A DNA stretch of 64,000 bases. Source: an uncultured Planctomycetota bacterium. GTDB lineage: Bacteria; Planctomycetota; PLA2; JAEUHO01. Shown here in pieces: positions 27,517 to 38,997 of the stretch. Where the stretch lies: contig CAVVXN010000005.1 in NCBI GenBank assembly GCA_963752285.1, forward strand, positions 1,120,001-1,184,000, read 5' to 3'. Each line of letters starts with the position of its first letter. Positions within the stretch are counted from its first letter, which is position 1. The notes under the pieces were generated by a model that saw only the letters and a program-made list of their open reading frames with translations, ran no database searches and had not been told where the DNA came from. Made by a program: the position numbers and the translations under genes.

Positions 27517-28614
27517 ATGTCCCGCGAGGACCAGCGGCCGCCCCCGGCGAGCCGGCCCACGGCCCTGATCGTGGCGCCCCGGGGCGCGTTTCGCACGCGC
27601 CTCGAGGGGCTCCTCGAGGGCCTCGGCTACGAGGCCATCTCGGCCGACGAGCCCTACGCCGCGACCGACCGGTTCGCCGAGGTCCAGGCCGAGCTGGTGG
27701 TCGCCTCCCTGGAGGTCTTCCACCCCCGCGACCGCGGCTTCTTCCAGGCCGTCCGGCGTCGATCTCCCGCAACGCGGGTGGTGGTGCTCGTTCGTGAAGG
27801 TGAACGCGCGCGCGCCCGCGTGGCGCTGAAGGCGGGCGCGTCCTTCTCGCTGCCCTACCCCGAGCAGGACGTCGAGTGGCTGGGCCTCGCCCGGGCGCTC
27901 CAGCCCCCCGGCGCGATCCCCGGCGCCGCGGGGCGCGCGATGCTCTCCCGGCTCGCCGAGGAGTGGAACCACGCCGTCCGGAACCCGCTCCAGGTCGTTC
28001 GGCTCCTCGCCGACGATCCGAACCTCCCCGACAAGACCCGCCCCTCCCTCGTGCGCGCGGTCGAAGACATCCAGGACGGCCTCGCGCGCCTGCGTCGCAT
28101 CGCCACGATGCCGCCGCGGGAGGCCCGCCGGGTCCGCCTCGGGTCGTGCCTGGCCGCGGGCCTCGCGCCGCTCGTCGAGCAGGGGCGCGTGAAGGCGCCC
28201 GACCCGCCGCTCCGGCCCGGCCCGCTGATCACGGCGGACGAGGCGGCGCTCGCCCTCGCCTTCGAGGCGGCCGCCGACGCGCTCGCGGGTTCGCTCCCCG
28301 TCCAGGAGAAGGGGGGCGCGCCGGTCGTGGTCGAGGCCCGGATCGGTCGCCCGCGCCCCGATCCCCTCGGCCTCCTCTCGGACCGCGCCGCGCCGGCCGT
28401 CGTGGAGGCCAGGCTCCGGGTGCCCGGGCTCGACCTGACGCGCCGCGGCTTCGAGGAGCTCGCCGAGCACGTCCTCTGGCGCTCGGACGACCGGCGCGCG
28501 GTCCACTGGGGCCTCTGGCTCCCGCGGGAGCTCGTCCGCGCCGAGGGCGGCGTGCTGCTCCACCGCCGGCGGACCGGCGGGGGCGGCGTGGCGGTCGCGT
28601 TCCGACTCCGCTAG
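27517..28614 (+). CDS. degenerate receiver + histidine-kinase-like protein
   Basis: REC-like N-terminus without the acidic pocket; WNHAVRNPL H-box; GLWL..ELVRAEGG..GGGVAV resembles a HATPase C-terminus. Confidence 0.55.
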   Translation: MSREDQRPPPASRPTALIVAPRGAFRTRLEGLLEGLGYEAISADEPYAATDRFAEVQAELVVASLEVFHPRDRGFFQAVRRRSPATRVVVLVREGERARARVALKAGASFSLPYPEQDVEWLGLARALQPPGAIPGAAGRAMLSRLAEEWNHAVRNPLQVVRLLADDPNLPDKTRPSLVRAVEDIQDGLARLRRIATMPPREARRVRLGSCLAAGLAPLVEQGRVKAPDPPLRPGPLITADEAALALAFEAAADALAGSLPVQEKGGAPVVVEARIGRPRPDPLGLLSDRAAPAVVEARLRVPGLDLTRRGFEELAEHVLWRSDDRRAVHWGLWLPRELVRAEGGVLLHRRRTGGGGVAVAFRLR

Positions 28615-28678
28615 CCCTCGGCCCCGGCGTCCGGGGACGCGCGAAAGCCCCGCCCTCCCGCGACCGATCCAAGCGGGC

Positions 28679-30220
28679 ATGCGGCCCTTCCCGGCCCCGG
28701 ACGTGGACCGTCCGCACGTGCTCGTCGTGGACGACGAGGTCGAGATCCGCGACCTCCTCCAGCGGGTCCTCGAGCGGCAAGGTTACCGAGTCTCCGTCGA
28801 GAGCGACGGCCAACGCGCCCTCGACGGGCTCGCGGACGACGTCCGGCTCCTGATCACCGACCTCCGCATGCCGCGCATGGGCGGCCTGGACCTCGTCCGG
28901 TCGGCCCGGAGCATGCGGCCCGGCCTCGCGAGCATCGTGATCACCGCCTACGCCTCGACCGAGACCGCGGTGGAGGCGCTCCGCTTCGGGGTGGACGACT
29001 TCCTGACCAAGCCGTTCGGCGTGGACGACCTCACGCGTACCGTCGAGCGCGTCCTCAAGGCGCGCCGGCTCCAGGACCAGGAGCGCGACGCCCTCTACCT
29101 CGCGCAGGACGAGGCCGACCGGCTCCGCACCCGCGAGCAGGAGGCCCGTCGCGCGCTGGAGGACGCCGAGCGGGGCCTCGCCATCTCGCAGCGCGACCTC
29201 GAGCGGCGGGTCGAGGACCTGCACTTCGTGAGCGAGCTCCAGGCGCTCCTCGCGGGCGAGCAGGACCTGGAACGCCTCCTCGAACGCACGATCCGCGTGC
29301 TGGCCGCGCGCTTCCAGGCCGAGGGCGTGCGGGTGGACCTCGCGCTGTCCGACGGCGTCCACCGCGCCCGCCACGAGTCGGAGGATCTCCCCGACGGGGC
29401 GTTCGCCGTGGACTCGGACCTCCTCCGTCGCGCGCGCCTCGCGCCCGACGGCGTCGGCCGGGACGCGCTCCTCGTGCTCGGTCGTCCGTACGAGGTCCTC
29501 GCCGTGGCGGTGGACCTCGCGACGGGACCCGTCGGGTCCGTCGCGATCGCGCGGCCCCGTGCGGAGCGGGACGACCCGGCCGACCGCTTCCTCCTCTCGC
29601 TCGTGCCCCGTGCGCTGGCGGTGGGCATCGAGGCGGAGGCGAAGCGCCGCGACGCGGTGGACAAGGCGGTCCAGATCGCGACCTCGCTCCTCGACGCGCT
29701 GGAGGGCCGCGGGGTCCTGCCGCGCGGGCACGGCGAGCGGGTATCGAGCCTCGCGGGCGAGATGGCCCAGGCGCTCGGGCTCTCGCCGCGTCTCGAGGAG
29801 GTGGTCCGGACGGCCGGCCGGCTCCACGACGTGGGCGAGGTCGGGATCCCCGACCACGTGCTCTGCCGACCGGGCCGGCTCTCCGACCCCGAGCGCGAGC
29901 TCGTGCGCACGCACCCGGTGCTCGGCGCGCGGATCCTCGCGCCCTTCGGCGAGGCCGCGGCGTTCGTGCGCCACCACCACGAGCGTCCCGACGGTCGCGG
30001 CTGGCCCGACCGTCTCCGGGCGGAGGACATCCCCCTCGGCGCCGCCCTGATCGGGTGCGCCGAGGCCTACGACGCGATGACGCACCACCGCTCGTGGCGG
30101 CCCTCGCGGTCCCGCGACGCGGCCATCTCCGAGATCCAGCGGCTCAGCGGCCGGCAGTTCGTGCCCGAGGCCGTCGAGGCCCTCTGCCGCGTCGTCCGCA
30201 GGGAGACGTCCTCGTGGTGA
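28679..30220 (+). CDS. response regulator with HD-GYP-like output domain
   Basis: REC (VVDDE, DLRMP, TKPF), coiled coil, LHDVGE, HHHERPDGRGWP, AYDAMT. Confidence 0.85.
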   Translation: MRPFPAPDVDRPHVLVVDDEVEIRDLLQRVLERQGYRVSVESDGQRALDGLADDVRLLITDLRMPRMGGLDLVRSARSMRPGLASIVITAYASTETAVEALRFGVDDFLTKPFGVDDLTRTVERVLKARRLQDQERDALYLAQDEADRLRTREQEARRALEDAERGLAISQRDLERRVEDLHFVSELQALLAGEQDLERLLERTIRVLAARFQAEGVRVDLALSDGVHRARHESEDLPDGAFAVDSDLLRRARLAPDGVGRDALLVLGRPYEVLAVAVDLATGPVGSVAIARPRAERDDPADRFLLSLVPRALAVGIEAEAKRRDAVDKAVQIATSLLDALEGRGVLPRGHGERVSSLAGEMAQALGLSPRLEEVVRTAGRLHDVGEVGIPDHVLCRPGRLSDPERELVRTHPVLGARILAPFGEAAAFVRHHHERPDGRGWPDRLRAEDIPLGAALIGCAEAYDAMTHHRSWRPSRSRDAAISEIQRLSGRQFVPEAVEALCRVVRRETSSW

Positions 30221-31602
30221 GCCTCGACGACGCCCTCCGCCACGCGTCCCCCGAGGAGCCGTGGCTCGCGCTCGGACGACGCGCGGCCCGACTGCTCCGC
30301 TCGCGACTCGAGGCCGAGGGGCAGGTCGGCGTGGTGCGAAACGTGCACGAGGCGGTCGAGGCCCTCGGCGATCGCCCGTGGGCGGGGCTCGTCGCCTCCT
30401 CGGAACGGTTGAGCCCGCGCCGGCGCGAGGCGCTCCGGGTCCTCGTCCGCCGCCTCGGCGCCCGTCCGCTCGTCGAGGTCCGGGCCGGGCTCCCCGTCGC
30501 GATCGACGGAGCGCTCGCGCGCGGCCGCCCCGCGCCGCCCCGGCCGGAGCGCGAGCTCCCGCGCGCCGACGCGGTGACGGCCGCGACCACCGGGCTCGAC
30601 CCCTTCGCGCGCGGCCTCCTCGAGCGACAGCAGGCCGAGGACCCGAGGCGCGCGGCCGAGCAGCTCGAGACGTACCTGCTCGAGACGCTCCGTCTGCGCC
30701 TCGGCGCCGCGCGCGCGAGCCTGCTTCGCGTCCTGCCCGACGGCCATCGGCTCGGGCTCGTGCGGGGCGTCGGCCTTCCCCCCGGACTCGTCGGCGTCGT
30801 GCACGGCGTCGTGGGGCGCGGCGTGGCGGGGACCGTCGCGGCGTCGGGCCGGCCGGCGACGGGACGCGCGACCTCCCTCCCGCACCGCGAATACGCCGGC
30901 CAGGGCTACGTGATCCTGCCGCTCGGCGCGGGACCCGACCTCCTCGGCGTCGTCTGCCTGACCGACCTGCCCCGCGACGACGTGCCCGACGAGCCGTCCC
31001 TCGCCCTCGCCAGCCAGATGGCGAGCGTCGGCGCCGAGGCGCTCCGCGTCGTCGAACGCATCGCGGCGGCCGAGAGCCTCGCGCGACGCGACGCGCTGAC
31101 CGGCCTTCCCAACCGACGCGCGTTCGAGGAGGCGGTGGCCCGCGAAGAGGAGCGCGCCCGCCGCGGCGGAGGCGGGTTCGCCATCGCCGTGTACGACGTG
31201 GACCGCTTCAAGCAGGTGAACGACCGCTACGGCCACCACCCCGCGGGCGATGCCGTCCTCCGGGCCGTCGCGAGCCGCCTCGAGGACGCGTTCCGCCAGG
31301 CGGACCTGGTGGCGCGCTGGGGCGGCGAGGAGTTCGCTGCGCTGCTGACGGGGGTCTCGGCCGACGTGGCGAGCGAGGTCTTCCACGCCGCGGACCGGGC
31401 GAGGTCGCTCGTCCGGCGGCAGGAGATCGAGCTCGGCCCGGGCCTCCCCCGGGTCCGGGCGACCGTCTCGGCGGGGGTCGCGCTCTACCCGGTCCACGGG
31501 CGGACGGCGGCGTCCGTCTTCGAGGCCGCCGACCGCGCGCTCTACGCCGCGAAGTCCGGCGGCCGGGACCGCGTCGAGCTTCCGGGATCGCCCGGCGCGT
31601 AG
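30217..31602 (+). CDS. GAF-GGDEF diguanylate cyclase
   Basis: DALTGLPNRR, DVDRFKQVNDRYGH, RQAD I-site, GGEEF, ADRALYAAK; GTGA overlap with the upstream gene. Confidence 0.9.
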   Translation: MSLDDALRHASPEEPWLALGRRAARLLRSRLEAEGQVGVVRNVHEAVEALGDRPWAGLVASSERLSPRRREALRVLVRRLGARPLVEVRAGLPVAIDGALARGRPAPPRPERELPRADAVTAATTGLDPFARGLLERQQAEDPRRAAEQLETYLLETLRLRLGAARASLLRVLPDGHRLGLVRGVGLPPGLVGVVHGVVGRGVAGTVAASGRPATGRATSLPHREYAGQGYVILPLGAGPDLLGVVCLTDLPRDDVPDEPSLALASQMASVGAEALRVVERIAAAESLARRDALTGLPNRRAFEEAVAREEERARRGGGGFAIAVYDVDRFKQVNDRYGHHPAGDAVLRAVASRLEDAFRQADLVARWGGEEFAALLTGVSADVASEVFHAADRARSLVRRQEIELGPGLPRVRATVSAGVALYPVHGRTAASVFEAADRALYAAKSGGRDRVELPGSPGA

Positions 31603-31746
31603 GCTCCGCGACCCGTGCGGGGCAAGACGCCCCGTCGGTGTCCAGTCCCCGCGACGCGCGGGGCCCCGGCCCGCGATTTCCTCAAGCGGCGGCCGCCGAC
31701 GGTCGAAAGGTCCCCGTCGGGATTTCTCGACTGATGGGATCCGTCC

Positions 31747-32883
31747 ATGTCACGGCTCGAACCCGAGACCGGCTCCCCGCTCCCCCACCATGTCCTCGTC
31801 GTGGACGACAAGGCGGTCGTGCGGGACTTCCTCCGCGAGGTCCTGGAGCTCCAGGGCCACCGCGTCACCACGGTCGGCGACGGCCTGGCCGCGCTCGAGG
31901 TCTGTCGCCGCGACACCCCGCAGGTCGTGCTGACCGACCTCCAGATGAGCCCGATGCCCGGCCGCGAGCTGATCCTCGCGCTCGAGCAGGAGTGCCCCTC
32001 GGCGGTGGCCGTCGTGCTGACCGGGCACGGCACGGTCGAGCGCGCGGTGGACCTCATGCGCCTCGGCGCGTTCGACGTGCTGACGAAGCCCTGTCGCGCC
32101 GAGGAGATCTCGGCCACCGTCGAGAAGGCGCTCGAGCACCAGGAGGCGCTCCAGGCGAACCGCGACCTGCGCGAACGGCTCCGCGTGCAGGAGAAGCTCG
32201 CCATGATCGGCAAGCTCGCCGCGGGCGTGGCCCACGAGCTGAACAACCCGCTCGACGCCGTCCTCCGCTGCGTCCGCCTGACGCGGGAGCACGTGAACGG
32301 GAGCGACGAGGCCCGCGAGTTCCTGGACCTCGCCGAGTCGGGCCTGATCCGCATGGCGGACATCGTCCAGAGCCTGCTCACCTTCTCGCGCCACGCCGCC
32401 GTCGAGCAGACGCCGCAGGCGCTCGAGGAGGTCCTCGGCGGCGCGATCACGTCGGTCTCGCTCGCCCTCGGCGACGAGGCCCCACCCATGGGTCGCGAGG
32501 TGCGCCCCAACGTCTCGCGCCTGCCCGTGCCGCGCGGCCTGCACCAGGTGGTCGTGAACCTCCTCAAGAACGCGTGCGACGCGTCGGGGCCCCAAGCCCC
32601 CATCGTCGTCCGCGCGTGGCGGGAGGCCGACGAGCTCGTGGTGGAGGTGGAGGACCACGGGCCGGGCATCCCCGAGGAGGTCCGCGCGCGCGTCTTCGAG
32701 CCCTTCTTCACGACGAAGTCCCCCGGTCGGGGCACGGGCCTCGGCCTCCCCCTCTCCGCGCGCCTCGTGGAGAAGTTCGGAGGGCGTATCGGCCTCACGT
32801 GTCCGAACGGCGGCGGCACGACGGTCCGTGTCACCCTGCCCGTGACGCACGCCGCGCCCGCGGCCATGCAGGAGGCGCGGTAG
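31747..32883 (+). CDS. receiver-histidine kinase hybrid
   Basis: REC domain; AHELNNPL, NLLKNA, DHGPGI, FEPFFTTK, GTGLGL. Confidence 0.92.
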   Translation: MSRLEPETGSPLPHHVLVVDDKAVVRDFLREVLELQGHRVTTVGDGLAALEVCRRDTPQVVLTDLQMSPMPGRELILALEQECPSAVAVVLTGHGTVERAVDLMRLGAFDVLTKPCRAEEISATVEKALEHQEALQANRDLRERLRVQEKLAMIGKLAAGVAHELNNPLDAVLRCVRLTREHVNGSDEAREFLDLAESGLIRMADIVQSLLTFSRHAAVEQTPQALEEVLGGAITSVSLALGDEAPPMGREVRPNVSRLPVPRGLHQVVVNLLKNACDASGPQAPIVVRAWREADELVVEVEDHGPGIPEEVRARVFEPFFTTKSPGRGTGLGLPLSARLVEKFGGRIGLTCPNGGGTTVRVTLPVTHAAPAAMQEAR

Positions 32884-32886
32884 CAC

Positions 32887-34263
<1,377 letters not shown>

Positions 34264-34308
34264 CCCGCGCCCGTCGTTCGTCCGCCCGGAACGGGTACGA
34301 TCGGACGG

Positions 34309-35058
34309 ATGAACGAGACCCTCGCGCTCCTCCTCCGCCACCGCTCGATCCGCCGGTACACGGACGACCCGATCTCCGACGCGGACGTGCGCGCCGCGGT
34401 AAAGGCGGGGCAGCGCGCCAGCACGAGCAGCGCGGTCGAGGCGTACGCGCTCCTCCGCGTTCGCGACGAGGCGCGGCGAACGCGCCTGGCCGAGCTCGCC
34501 GGTTCCCAGGACAAGGTTCGTCTCGCGCCCGCGTTCTTCGTGGTCCTGGCGGACACGCGCCGACACCGCCTCGCGGCGCGGCGCCACGGCGTCCCGCACG
34601 TGGCGAACCTGGAGAGCTTCCTCGTCTCGACCGTGGACGCGACGCTCTTCGCCGAGAACGTGGTGGTGGCCTTCGAGTCGCTGGGCTACGGCGCCTGCTT
34701 CGTCGGCGGGCTCCGGAACGACCTCCCCGAGGTCGTGCGCGTGCTCGGTCTGCCGGAGGGCGTGTTCCCCCTCTACGGGCTCTGCGTCGGCCGTCCCGCC
34801 GAGGACCCGCGGCCGCGTCCGCGGCTCCCCGTGGACGCCGTGCTGCTCGAGGAGCGGTATCCCGACGACGAGCGCACGCTCGCCCTCCTCGACGCACACG
34901 ACCTCGCGGTGGAGGCGTGGTGGCGGGAGCTACGCCGCCCGGGCCGCACGTGGACCGCCTCGATCGCGGAGAAGTTCCGCGCCGCGCGCCGCGGGACGAT
35001 CGTCCAGGCGTACCGCGCGCTCGGCGCCGACCTCGGCCCCGGGCCCCCGCCCGACTGA
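34309..35058 (+). CDS. NADPH-dependent nitroreductase, NfsA/CrrS family
   Basis: HRSIRRY, ASTSS, ESLGYG..VGGLRN, RPRLP. Confidence 0.88.
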   Translation: MNETLALLLRHRSIRRYTDDPISDADVRAAVKAGQRASTSSAVEAYALLRVRDEARRTRLAELAGSQDKVRLAPAFFVVLADTRRHRLAARRHGVPHVANLESFLVSTVDATLFAENVVVAFESLGYGACFVGGLRNDLPEVVRVLGLPEGVFPLYGLCVGRPAEDPRPRPRLPVDAVLLEERYPDDERTLALLDAHDLAVEAWWRELRRPGRTWTASIAEKFRAARRGTIVQAYRALGADLGPGPPPD

Positions 35059-35146
35059 GCGCGCGGCGGGCGTGCCCGGCGGGGTCCGACGCGGCCCGAG
35101 ACCTTCGCTCCCCATCGCCCTCTGCGTCCGCCGTCGTATCGGCGTC

Positions 35147-35162
35147 TGGTACGCCGATCGCT
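35147..35162 (+). promoter_or_regulatory. putative sigma54 -24/-12 promoter
   Basis: TGGTACG-CCGA-TCGCT with exact GG-N10-GC spacing, 54 nt upstream of the DUF1328 ATG. Confidence 0.6.
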
Positions 35163-35215
35163 GGTCGTGGACCGGCCCCGTCGCATCGTGAAGCGCGGGG
35201 CGAAGGAGATGTCCG

Positions 35216-35377
35216 ATGTTGAGCTGGGCCCTGTTCTTCCTGGTGATCGCCCTGATCGCCGGCGCGCTCGGGTTTTGGGCGTTCGCCGGCCTCGCAGCGA
35301 CGATCGCCAAGGTCTTGCTGGTGGTCTTCCTCGTCGTCTTCCTCATCGCGCTGGTGGGAGGCCGCCGAGTCGTCTGA
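35216..35377 (+). CDS. DUF1328 (UPF0391/YtjA-like) small membrane protein, 53 aa; not in the ORF track
   Basis: [62 protein letters not shown]. Confidence 0.9.
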   Translation: MLSWALFFLVIALIAGALGFWAFAGLAATIAKVLLVVFLVVFLIALVGGRRVV

Positions 35378-35571
35378 GCCCGCAGGCGGCGCGGTCGGTC
35401 CGAGACACGACGGGCCGCGCCGCCGGGACGGGCAGATCTGCGACGCCGCGGAAGAGGGGTGGGCATTCCGTGCCGATCCACGGACGGGGCCCTGGCCCAA
35501 CGGGGTCGTCCGACGTCGGGCCGACCGACTCGGCGACGGCGGGTTCGGCGACGGCCGGGTCCGCGACGCGG

Positions 35572-35916
35572 TCAGATCACGAGGAGGTCGGAGAAGGGCG
35601 AGCGAACGTCCACGGGACGGTCGAAAGCCACGCCCGCCTCGGGGCCCGACTCGGGGGTCCGGATCCAGACCACGCGGCCGCTCCCGTCGAGGACGAGTCG
35701 CTCGGGCTGTCCCGGCTCCTGGAGATGGATCTCGATCCGGACGCTACAGCCGGCGACCGGCGGGGACGCGGCGGCGAGGCGCAGTCCGCGGGCGCTCACG
35801 TCGAGGAGCGCGCCCTCGACGGCCCGGCCCTCGGCCGGCGAGATGCGGACACGGCCCCGCGGGGAGACCCGGGGGTCACGACGCCGTTCATCGGACTGTG
35901 AAGCCTTCCACCCCAT
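35572..35916 (-). CDS. stand-alone PilZ domain protein
   Basis: ERRRDPR (RxxxR), DVSARG (DxSxxG), GRVVW, GVAF. Confidence 0.85.
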   Translation of the reverse strand: MGWKASQSDERRRDPRVSPRGRVRISPAEGRAVEGALLDVSARGLRLAAASPPVAGCSVRIEIHLQEPGQPERLVLDGSGRVVWIRTPESGPEAGVAFDRPVDVRSPFSDLLVI

Positions 35917-36207
35917 GCGGACCTCGCGGCAACACATCGCGTGCCCGACGGCGAGGCGCCCGAGGAATCCGCCCTCCCGGGCGGGAGGGGCCCGCGAGCG
36001 TCCTCCCGTCTGGACGTCGGGTGGCGCGGCCGCGACGGTGGCGGCCGCGGGTCGCGCCGGACGGCGTGCGCTCGCGCGACGAGCCGTCCACCGGGCTGCC
36101 GTCCCCCCCCGCGCGTCGTGGCGCCCCCCCGGTGCGACCGCGGTCCCGGTCGCCGCCGTGCCCCCCTCGGCGGGCTCCGGGCGAGACCGGCCCGGGTCGG
36201 ACCGGGG

Positions 36208-37314
36208 TCAGGACGCCAGGGCGGTCCGGACGGCGTGGATCACGGCGTCCTGCTCCTCCGGGAGGAGCCCCGGGAAGCACGGCAGCGAGAGCACCTGTTT
36301 CGCGAGGGACTCCGCGACCGGGCAGGCCGCCCCGAGGTACGGGGCGAAGCAGGACTGCTGGTGGAGCGGCATGGGGTAGTAGACCCCCGTCGCGACGCCG
36401 GCCGCCTCCAGCCGCTCGCGCACGAGGTCGCGACGCGGCACGCGGACCGTGTACAGGTGCGCGGCGCTCTTCGCGCCGGGCAGCACGCGCTGGGGCCGCG
36501 CGGGGCTGCCCTGGAACGCCAGGTCGTAGCGCGCGGCGATCGCGCGCCGCTCGCGCGTCCAGGCGTCGATCCGCGGGAGCTTCACGCGCAGCACCGCGGC
36601 CTGGATCTCGTCCATGCGGCTGTTCGTGCCGACGAGGCTGTGGTCGTAGAGCTTCTTCGTCTGCCCGTGGTCCCTCAGCGCCGCCACGGTGTCGGCGAGA
36701 CGCTCGTCGTCGGTCGTGACCACGCCGCCGTCTCCCGCGGCCGCGAGGTTCTTGGAGGGGTAGAACGAGAAGGCCGCCGCGTCGCCGAGGCCGCCCACGC
36801 GCCGGCCGCCCACCTCCGCGTGGATGGCCTGGGCCGCGTCCTCCAGCACGAGCACGTCGGGGGCGACCGCCGCGCGAAGCGCCCCCATGTCGGCCGGGCT
36901 CCCGTAGAGGTGCACGGGCACGATCGCCGCGGTCCGCGGGCCGGCGAGCCGCCGGACCGCCTCCGGGTCGAGGTTCATCGTGTCCTCGAGCACGTCCGCG
37001 AACACGGGGCGGCCGCCGGCGTTCACGACGGCGCCGGCCGTGGCCACGAACGTGAACGTCGGGAGGATCACCTCCCGCCGGTCCGCGGGTCGGCCCTCGA
37101 GCACGGCGCGAAGCGTCAGCATGAGGGCGTCGGTGCACGAGTCCACCGCGACGGCCCGACGGACCCCGACGTACGCGGCCATCTCGGTCTCGAACCCCCG
37201 GACCTCCGGGCCCTTCACGTACGTGTGGTCCCGCAGGATCCGGACGACCGCGTCCTCCGCCCGGGGCCCCCACTCGTCGTACACCCGCCGGGGGTCCATG
37301 AGCGGGACCTCCAT
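36208..37314 (-). CDS. DegT/DnrJ/EryC1/StrS sugar aminotransferase
   Basis: FTFVATA, PVHLYG, EDAAQA, SFYPSKNL, NSRMDEIQAA. Confidence 0.93.
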   Translation of the reverse strand: MEVPLMDPRRVYDEWGPRAEDAVVRILRDHTYVKGPEVRGFETEMAAYVGVRRAVAVDSCTDALMLTLRAVLEGRPADRREVILPTFTFVATAGAVVNAGGRPVFADVLEDTMNLDPEAVRRLAGPRTAAIVPVHLYGSPADMGALRAAVAPDVLVLEDAAQAIHAEVGGRRVGGLGDAAAFSFYPSKNLAAAGDGGVVTTDDERLADTVAALRDHGQTKKLYDHSLVGTNSRMDEIQAAVLRVKLPRIDAWTRERRAIAARYDLAFQGSPARPQRVLPGAKSAAHLYTVRVPRRDLVRERLEAAGVATGVYYPMPLHQQSCFAPYLGAACPVAESLAKQVLSLPCFPGLLPEEQDAVIHAVRTALAS

Positions 37315-37414
37315 GGTGGCGGCGAGCTTTTCCTCGCGCTGGCTCGGGGCGGCGAAGGGCAGGGCGGGGTCGTTCACGCGGGGATTCTCGCGGCGGTCCC
37401 CGAGGGGCCCGCCG

Positions 37415-37445
37415 AAAAAAATGAAGACCCGGAAAAGGGCCGGGC
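37415..37445 (-). terminator. possible intrinsic terminator after the Gfo gene
   Basis: Minus strand CCCGG-cccuuuu-CCGGG hairpin followed by UCUUCAUUUUUUU; weak stem. Confidence 0.3.
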
Positions 37446-38410
37446 TACCGCACCCGGAGGGGGATCTCGCGCCCGCCCTCGGCGAGGGACCGGCGCGCTG
37501 CCTCCAGCACGCGGGCGACGCGGACGCCGTCCTCGCCCGGGGTCGGGATCTCCGCCCCGCCCGCGACGCACCGGACGAACACCTGGAGCTCCGCCCGGAG
37601 CGCCGGCCGCCGCGGCACGGGGACCACCTCGCCGGGGAGGGCGTGACCGCAGAGGTGGAGCCGGAGGGGGGCCTCGGCGCTCACGTCGTCGAACACGGCC
37701 ATGCCCCGCTCGGCGACCACGGCGACGCGGCGGACCTTCACCGCGTCGAGCCAGGAGAGGTGCACGTGCCCGAGCACCCCGCCGGGGAAACGGAGGCCGA
37801 GGAACACCAGGTCCTCGAGCTGGGGCTGCGCGTACACACCGCCCCGGGCCGACACGCCGACGGGCCACGCGCCGAGGAGGTGGGCCATGAGGCTCACGTC
37901 GTGGGGCGCGAGGCTCGAGAGGGCCCCCTCGTCGCTCCGAAGCCGCCCCAGGTTCGTGCGTTGCGCGATCAGGTACCGCGGCCGGCCGAGCCGACCGGAC
38001 CGCATCACGCGCTCGAGCGCCGTGACCGCCGGGTGGTAGCGGAGCAGGTGGCCCACCGCCAGGATCCGACCCGCGCGCCTCGCCAGCGACACGAGCTGGC
38101 TCGCCTCGCGCGCCGTCTCCGCGAGCGGCTTCTCGACGAGCACGTGCTTTCCCGCGCGCAGGGCGGCTCGCGCGAGCGGGACGTGCGTGGGCGTCGGGCT
38201 CGCGATGACCAGGGCGTCTACGCGCTCGTCCTCGAGCGCGGGCTCCAGCCGGTCGGAGAGACGCGCGCCCTTCGCGAGCCGGCCCGCGCCCTCGCGGCGA
38301 ACCTCGTCGGGCTCCACGATCCAACGGAGCCGAACCCCCCGCATGGACGCGAGATCGCGTACGTGGTTGAGCCCCCACGCCCCCGCCCCCGCGATCGCGA
38401 CGTGGATCAA
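37445..38410 (-). CDS. Gfo/Idh/MocA family oxidoreductase
   Basis: IAGAGAWG, HVLVEKPLA, VGHLLRYHP, LAPHD; TTG start. Confidence 0.9.
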   Translation of the reverse strand: MIHVAIAGAGAWGLNHVRDLASMRGVRLRWIVEPDEVRREGAGRLAKGARLSDRLEPALEDERVDALVIASPTPTHVPLARAALRAGKHVLVEKPLAETAREASQLVSLARRAGRILAVGHLLRYHPAVTALERVMRSGRLGRPRYLIAQRTNLGRLRSDEGALSSLAPHDVSLMAHLLGAWPVGVSARGGVYAQPQLEDLVFLGLRFPGGVLGHVHLSWLDAVKVRRVAVVAERGMAVFDDVSAEAPLRLHLCGHALPGEVVPVPRRPALRAELQVFVRCVAGGAEIPTPGEDGVRVARVLEAARRSLAEGGREIPLRVR

Positions 38411-38997
38411 CCGCCCGACCCGCCGTCTCGGGACTGGAGCTTCTCCCGGGCCTTCCCGATGGCCTCGAGAACCGCGGGCGCCTCGTCCGGCGGGGCGCGC
38501 CGGTACACGTCCCACGCCGCACGGAACGCCGGCGCGTCGTCCGCGGCCATCATCTGGACCTCGGCGGCGCGGACCCACTCGGAGTCGTGCTCGAGCTTCG
38601 CCGTCCACGCGTCGAGCGAGGCCCGTCCCTCCTTCGAGAGCCCCCCGTACCGCTTGGCCAGCGCCTCGAACATGGACCGCGCGGCCCCGGACGAGCCGAA
38701 CAGCCCGCCGACGCCGCCCGCGGTCCCGTCCGAGGCCGCCTCGACCGGCCGGCCCGCGGCGCCGATCGCGATCTCCTCGAGAAGGCTCCGGTCGAGGTCC
38801 GCCTCGGCCGCCTGGTTCCACGCGTCCACGAAGGCGCCCTTCGCCATCGCCTTCCTCGCCTGCGCCTCGACGTCGCCGCGCTCGCTCGGCTGGAGCGCCA
38901 GGGTCGGCTGGTCGAGGCCGCGGGGCGAGCTGCAGCCGACGGCGAGCAGCGCGACGACGCCGAGGAGCGATCGGAAGGCGACGGTGCCTGCGCGCAT
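38407..38997 (-). CDS. hypothetical lipoprotein
   Basis: MRAG..LLGVVALLAVGC lipobox followed by a helical domain. Confidence 0.7.
   Translation of the reverse strand: MRAGTVAFRSLLGVVALLAVGCSSPRGLDQPTLALQPSERGDVEAQARKAMAKGAFVDAWNQAAEADLDRSLLEEIAIGAAGRPVEAASDGTAGGVGGLFGSSGAARSMFEALAKRYGGLSKEGRASLDAWTAKLEHDSEWVRAAEVQMMAADDAPAFRAAWDVYRRAPPDEAPAVLEAIGKAREKLQSRDGGSGG

Noticed and set aside
28643..31708. Two sigma28-like promoters (GAAAG-N15-ACCGAT at 28643; TCAAG-N15-GTCGAA at 31682)
   Set aside because: Both the matches and the spacing are imperfect, and the first lies too near the start codon.
35929..35947. sigma54 promoter for the PilZ gene
   Set aside because: GGCACG is present on the minus strand but the -12 reads GT rather than GC, and it is too close to the RBS.
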